Positions 61,201 through 64,000 of a stretch of DNA of 64,000 nt are shown here, in pieces (position 1 is the first letter of the stretch; every line of letters starts with the position of its first letter). The notes below the pieces were generated by a model. The model did no database searches. It worked only from the letters and a program-made list of their open reading frames with translations, and was not told the origin of the DNA. Origin of the DNA: Takakia lepidozioides (lineage: Eukaryota; Plantae; Bryophyta); assembly GCA_030704615.1 (NCBI GenBank), contig CM060734.1, positions 46,810,001 through 46,874,000 of the forward strand, given 5' to 3'. A program made the position numbers and the translations under genes.

Positions 61201-63714
61201 AGCCCTCCCCATCTTTGTAACATCGAGTTGTAATAGCTCTTCTGCCTCCTTTGATCCTAACCGCATGATGCACCCTCTTTTCTGTTGACCTTCTGCATTG
61301 CATATGGAGGGACTCACTTCCAGCAAATTCTCTTCTTCCAATTCTTCAATGTCCCTAGATCCACCAGCCAAATTGACAGACCCAGTACTGGGTCCCGACC
61401 CAATTTTTGCAGTAACATTCTGGAAAAAGTTAGTAGCAAGCACTTGGAAAACATTCCGTGACCCTGTGACTTCTGTACCATCCGCTGCCAGTGGAGGCCT
61501 GAGTTCGTCTCCATCCATCTTGGCCCTCAGAGATATGCTTGATTGATCTCGACCTTTGCTTGATTCGCAAACAGCTCCCTCTTCCACACCATGTCCAGGC
61601 GCTGACGGAAATAATTGTTCACGTTCAACAGAGGAGCTGATTGCGGAGGGCCCCTTTTCCTCTCCAGGGCTAGCTTCCTCCTCCATTTTGGCTCCCTCAG
61701 TTATCCCTGAAGCTGAAGGCAGTAAAGAATTGGTCCCTGCCAATAAGCTCCCAAGTCCTGCACTGAAGGTGCCTGCATTGCCACCTGTCTGACCTTCACA
61801 TTGATCCTGATGGTCGTGAAGACAGGGGAAAGCAGAAGGATTGTTGCTCATGACACACGAGTGCTCCTCTAGTGTTCCATCTGGATGAGATACATCAACC
61901 TCCACCTGAATCTCTATTCCATCTTCTTCAAGGTCAGGTCTCCCACTTCCACTCGAAAAACTACAATTGGCTGCTGGGCTACTGCGCAGGGTTGAAACAG
62001 TGTTAGAGCCTGAGGGAATGATCTCTTGCTCATCCAGATGTCCTTCAAATCTGTTGTCGTCCTCATCATCATTTTCATCTAAATCAGGCCTCCCAGTCCC
62101 CCTAATCTGTCCTATCAAATCTGCAAACAAACCATCTCCATCATTACCTTCTGAATACTCAGGCAACTTCCTTGCCTCATCGCTCCTCTCCGTATGACCA
62201 TCATCATAAGATACCCGGAGAAGGATTGTTTCATCACTCAAACCGCTCTCGGCATGTGGATCTTCAGAAATGTCCACAAGTTTCTCCATCTGTAGCCCAT
62301 TCTCTTGAACAAAATCACTCCAGTCATCTCCCCCAAATGCTACCTCATCCTCAGTGGTTTGAATCAGCCAGAGGTTGTTGCTCTTCCTCCCAAAGTGAGT
62401 ATGAGGCAAAGAACTTTCACCAGCTGGCAGAGAAACTTCATCATCGTTGTCTGACCCAACCCCAAACATGGACTCACACTCAGATGTGTCTTCACAGTCA
62501 GAAAACCCCTCCTTTGTAACCACCTGTTCAAGACTTTCCTGTGTCTTTACCTGCTCAATTGTTACACCTTCCAAATCACACTTGACCGGGTCCAGCCCTT
62601 TGTCTGGAGACCCAGCTATGTTACCGCTACCAATATTCTTCACCCTTTCCTCTCTATATTGGCTACATATAGCCGTAAAACCACCATTTGAGGACACCAT
62701 CTGTTCACCTAATCCAGCAGTGCTTGCTCCAGGGGAACTACAAGGGCTTAGAGGCGGGGAGAGAGCATTGACAGCAGATGTGTGGCTGCTAGCGTCCCTG
62801 GAAGTTTGCATGTTGACCTCTCCCACAGGCACCTCCTCCATCTGCCAGCTCTTTGCTTCATCATCTTCTTGGATAAAAACAAGTCTGGACCTGAAACTTG
62901 CATCAGAATTTGCTGTATACTTCTCACCTTTGACATCTCCACTGGCAAGTGCGCTTGATTGCTGAGGTCCACTATAAACACTTAGCTGTCCAATGTCCGG
63001 GTCTGGATCGTCAGCTGCGTAACCTTCTCTGACCTCATCCAAGTGGTTGGACCTATCAGACTCTAAGGCCTTAGAAGTTGAGGACCCAGGCTCAAACGGA
63101 GGTGATTCCAGGTGGTCAAGGGCCGCACCTGAATCTACAGTTAAGTCTATCGGAACTGCATCAAGAGCCATTGCAATGGAAAGAAGTTCATCGATTATGT
63201 CATCTCTTCGAAGTAAGCCCCAAGCCTCATACCACTTCTCCAAGAGCTTTTGCTGTTTCACCAGCAATTTCAGCCGTGCACCCATTGACCCTGTATTCAA
63301 TGACTGTCGAATCCATGCCCGTAATCTGCCGGCACTAGTCCTAACCCAGGTAGGTGTATCGACAGGCTTAAGTCCAACAGAACCCCAAAAAATCTCGTTT
63401 TCTGCAACAGGATCCAAAGGCAGACGATGCTCCAAAATTGCCAACGAGTTAAACAAGGAAGCAGGATCTTTGCCAGAACTCCATTGTGCCCACCTGGACC
63501 TCCCATCTTTCAGGCCATGTCCAAGTGCCTGTTCCAGCAAGCTACTGAAAAACGTGATTGCCACGACACTGTCACCCAAGGGATTTCCCTTGCCTTTAAC
63601 AGCCTCCCCCAGCACGTTTTTCAGGGAATGTTTCAAGTCTAGTACAAGCTGATTGCCATGCTCCATATCTGAAGTGGAAAAGGCTTCTGTGGTCAACATG
63701 TCAGACCTATTATC
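58261..63714 (-). CDS. RUN plus PX plus Rubicon-homology (DUF4206/zf-RING_9) protein
   Basis: Inferred in-frame GT-AG exons 61102-63714, 59796-60944, 59313-59538, 58849-58991 and 58261-58632; LEQALGHGLK, GRLRAWIRQSLN (RUN); ERRYRDFVSLY (PX); CAGC..CEYSDQLFCSACH..PAYVLQHWDF (RH); a 5' exon may lie further upstream. Confidence 0.9.
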
Positions 63715-64000
63715 CTGCAACAACAATGATGTCATTCCTATCACAAGGCATTGCTGAATGATATGATTACTTCGTTGCTATTGAGGCCACAGACAGCTTC
63801 ACTGGGTGGAAACTACTGCAGGGCCAGTTGAACATACCTTCCAGCTTCACCCACTGAAAGGAGAATTTATTTCACATGTTCCAGTCAATCAAGATGGTTG
63901 GGCCTCTTTAGGATTGTTGACTCCTCCTGACTGGAAACCGTTCCAGCAGTTTGAGTGTGTGGACCCTGGCCCTATGGCTGTGCCACCAATCTCTGGGTTT

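Overview
Eukaryotic nuclear DNA from a land plant, most likely a bryophyte (moss-like), inferred from the Phygy-type gypsy integrase, moss-type hAT remnants and a PLS-DYW gene. About three quarters of the window is nested transposable elements. These include a Ty3/gypsy element (1-8366), a complete 15-kb CACTA element with 19-bp TIRs (15338-30359), hAT and gypsy remnants, a complete PIF/Harbinger element (43463-46652), RTEX-like LINE pieces and a 5'-truncated non-LTR element carrying RNase H and a restriction-like endonuclease (Dualen/RandI-like). Two host genes look largely intact: a PLS-E-DYW PPR RNA-editing factor (ending 51260, +) and a 5-exon RUN-PX-Rubicon-homology gene (58261-63714, -). 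Top candidates for undescribed biology: (1) the DYW deaminase PPR gene is preceded by three tandem, intron-split copies of the OSB-type PDF ssDNA-binding motif, and the last copy splices in frame to the PPR-DYW ORF; (2) a convergent RING-H2 ligase plus protein-kinase cassette lies between degenerate inverted ends that each carry a TATA box; (3) the CACTA TnpA-like gene carries an FCP1/NIF-like HAD phosphatase domain. All family assignments come from motifs recognised by eye; no database search was run.
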